Shown here one piece after another: positions 31,574 to 32,000 of a stretch of DNA of 32,000 nt; the first letter of the stretch is position 1, and each line of letters opens with the position of its first letter. The notes beneath the pieces are model-generated. The model was given only the letters and a program-made list of their open reading frames with translations, searched no databases and was not told the origin of the DNA. The DNA is from a cyanobacterium endosymbiont of Rhopalodia gibba. Its GTDB lineage: Bacteria; Cyanobacteriota; Cyanobacteriia; Cyanobacteriales; Microcystaceae. The stretch lies in NCBI GenBank assembly GCA_045159875.1, contig CP067995.1, forward strand, positions 2,125,303 through 2,157,302. Reading direction: 5' to 3'. The translations under genes were made by a program, and so were the position numbers.

Positions 31574-32000
31574 TCGGTAATTAAGGAAAATTATACTCCC
31601 CAATTTCAGTCTTTCCACAAACCTGTCAAGCTAAATCTATCAAAGTATTAGTAATAGCTATGGCTACCACCGCACTTCTCAGAATATTATTTAGTGGAAG
31701 TTTAAATTACCTATGCCGTTTGTGTTTTGTTTTTTAGGGATGGGTAATGGCTAAGGTGTTGGAATAAACTGGATTGACAAACGTTGATTACAGATCAAGT
31801 GCGACCTCTACCTACACCATAGGTACATTATCTACTGGAATAGCACTGCCCCAGCCGTTTACAACGATATATCTTTTTATAAGAACAAATTAACGTAAAG
31901 TAATCACAATTAGCAGTTTTATGGATAAACCTATGAATAATTTCATATTCGGCTTAAGAAAATTGACAGTCTTTGAACAAAGAATTCCATAATTAAATAT

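Overview
This is a cyanobacterial chromosomal segment in advanced genome erosion. The gene set and protein sequences resemble a unicellular Cyanothece/Rippkaea/Crocosphaera-type lineage. By my annotation only about 14.4 kb of 32 kb (~45%) is intact coding sequence. Intact genes: a type-II RRM RNA-binding protein, rpiA, miaB, a secreted COP23-like protein, a DUF2301-like membrane protein, mutM/fpg, the complete atp1 operon (atp1-a-c-b'-b-delta-alpha-gamma) with a clear intrinsic terminator, deoC-recO, an MFS transporter and the pyruvate dehydrogenase E2 gene. Three recognisable dead genes lie between them, at different stages of decay. (i) chlH (Mg-chelatase H) is near full length and still strongly ChlH-like, but is broken by 7 in-frame stops and 3 frameshifts. 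(ii) A DUF3370-like secreted-protein gene is moderately decayed. (iii) An IS200/IS605-family tnpB is heavily decayed. Several ORF-free stretches are also present, some extremely AT-rich (1-2800, 24387-25436, 29394-30265), and they contain perfect AT-rich palindromes. By eye I found no rRNA, tRNA, CRISPR array, defence island or novel multi-gene system, and I do not claim one. The most notable signal is the recent death of chlH next to a fully maintained ATP synthase operon. That pattern fits a cyanobacterium that has given up chlorophyll synthesis, such as the non-photosynthetic N2-fixing endosymbionts (spheroid bodies) of rhopalodiacean diatoms. The lineage assignment is inference only. The ORF track uses GTG/TTG as starts, so several track 'M' starts are artefacts, and I corrected them where the sequence allowed.
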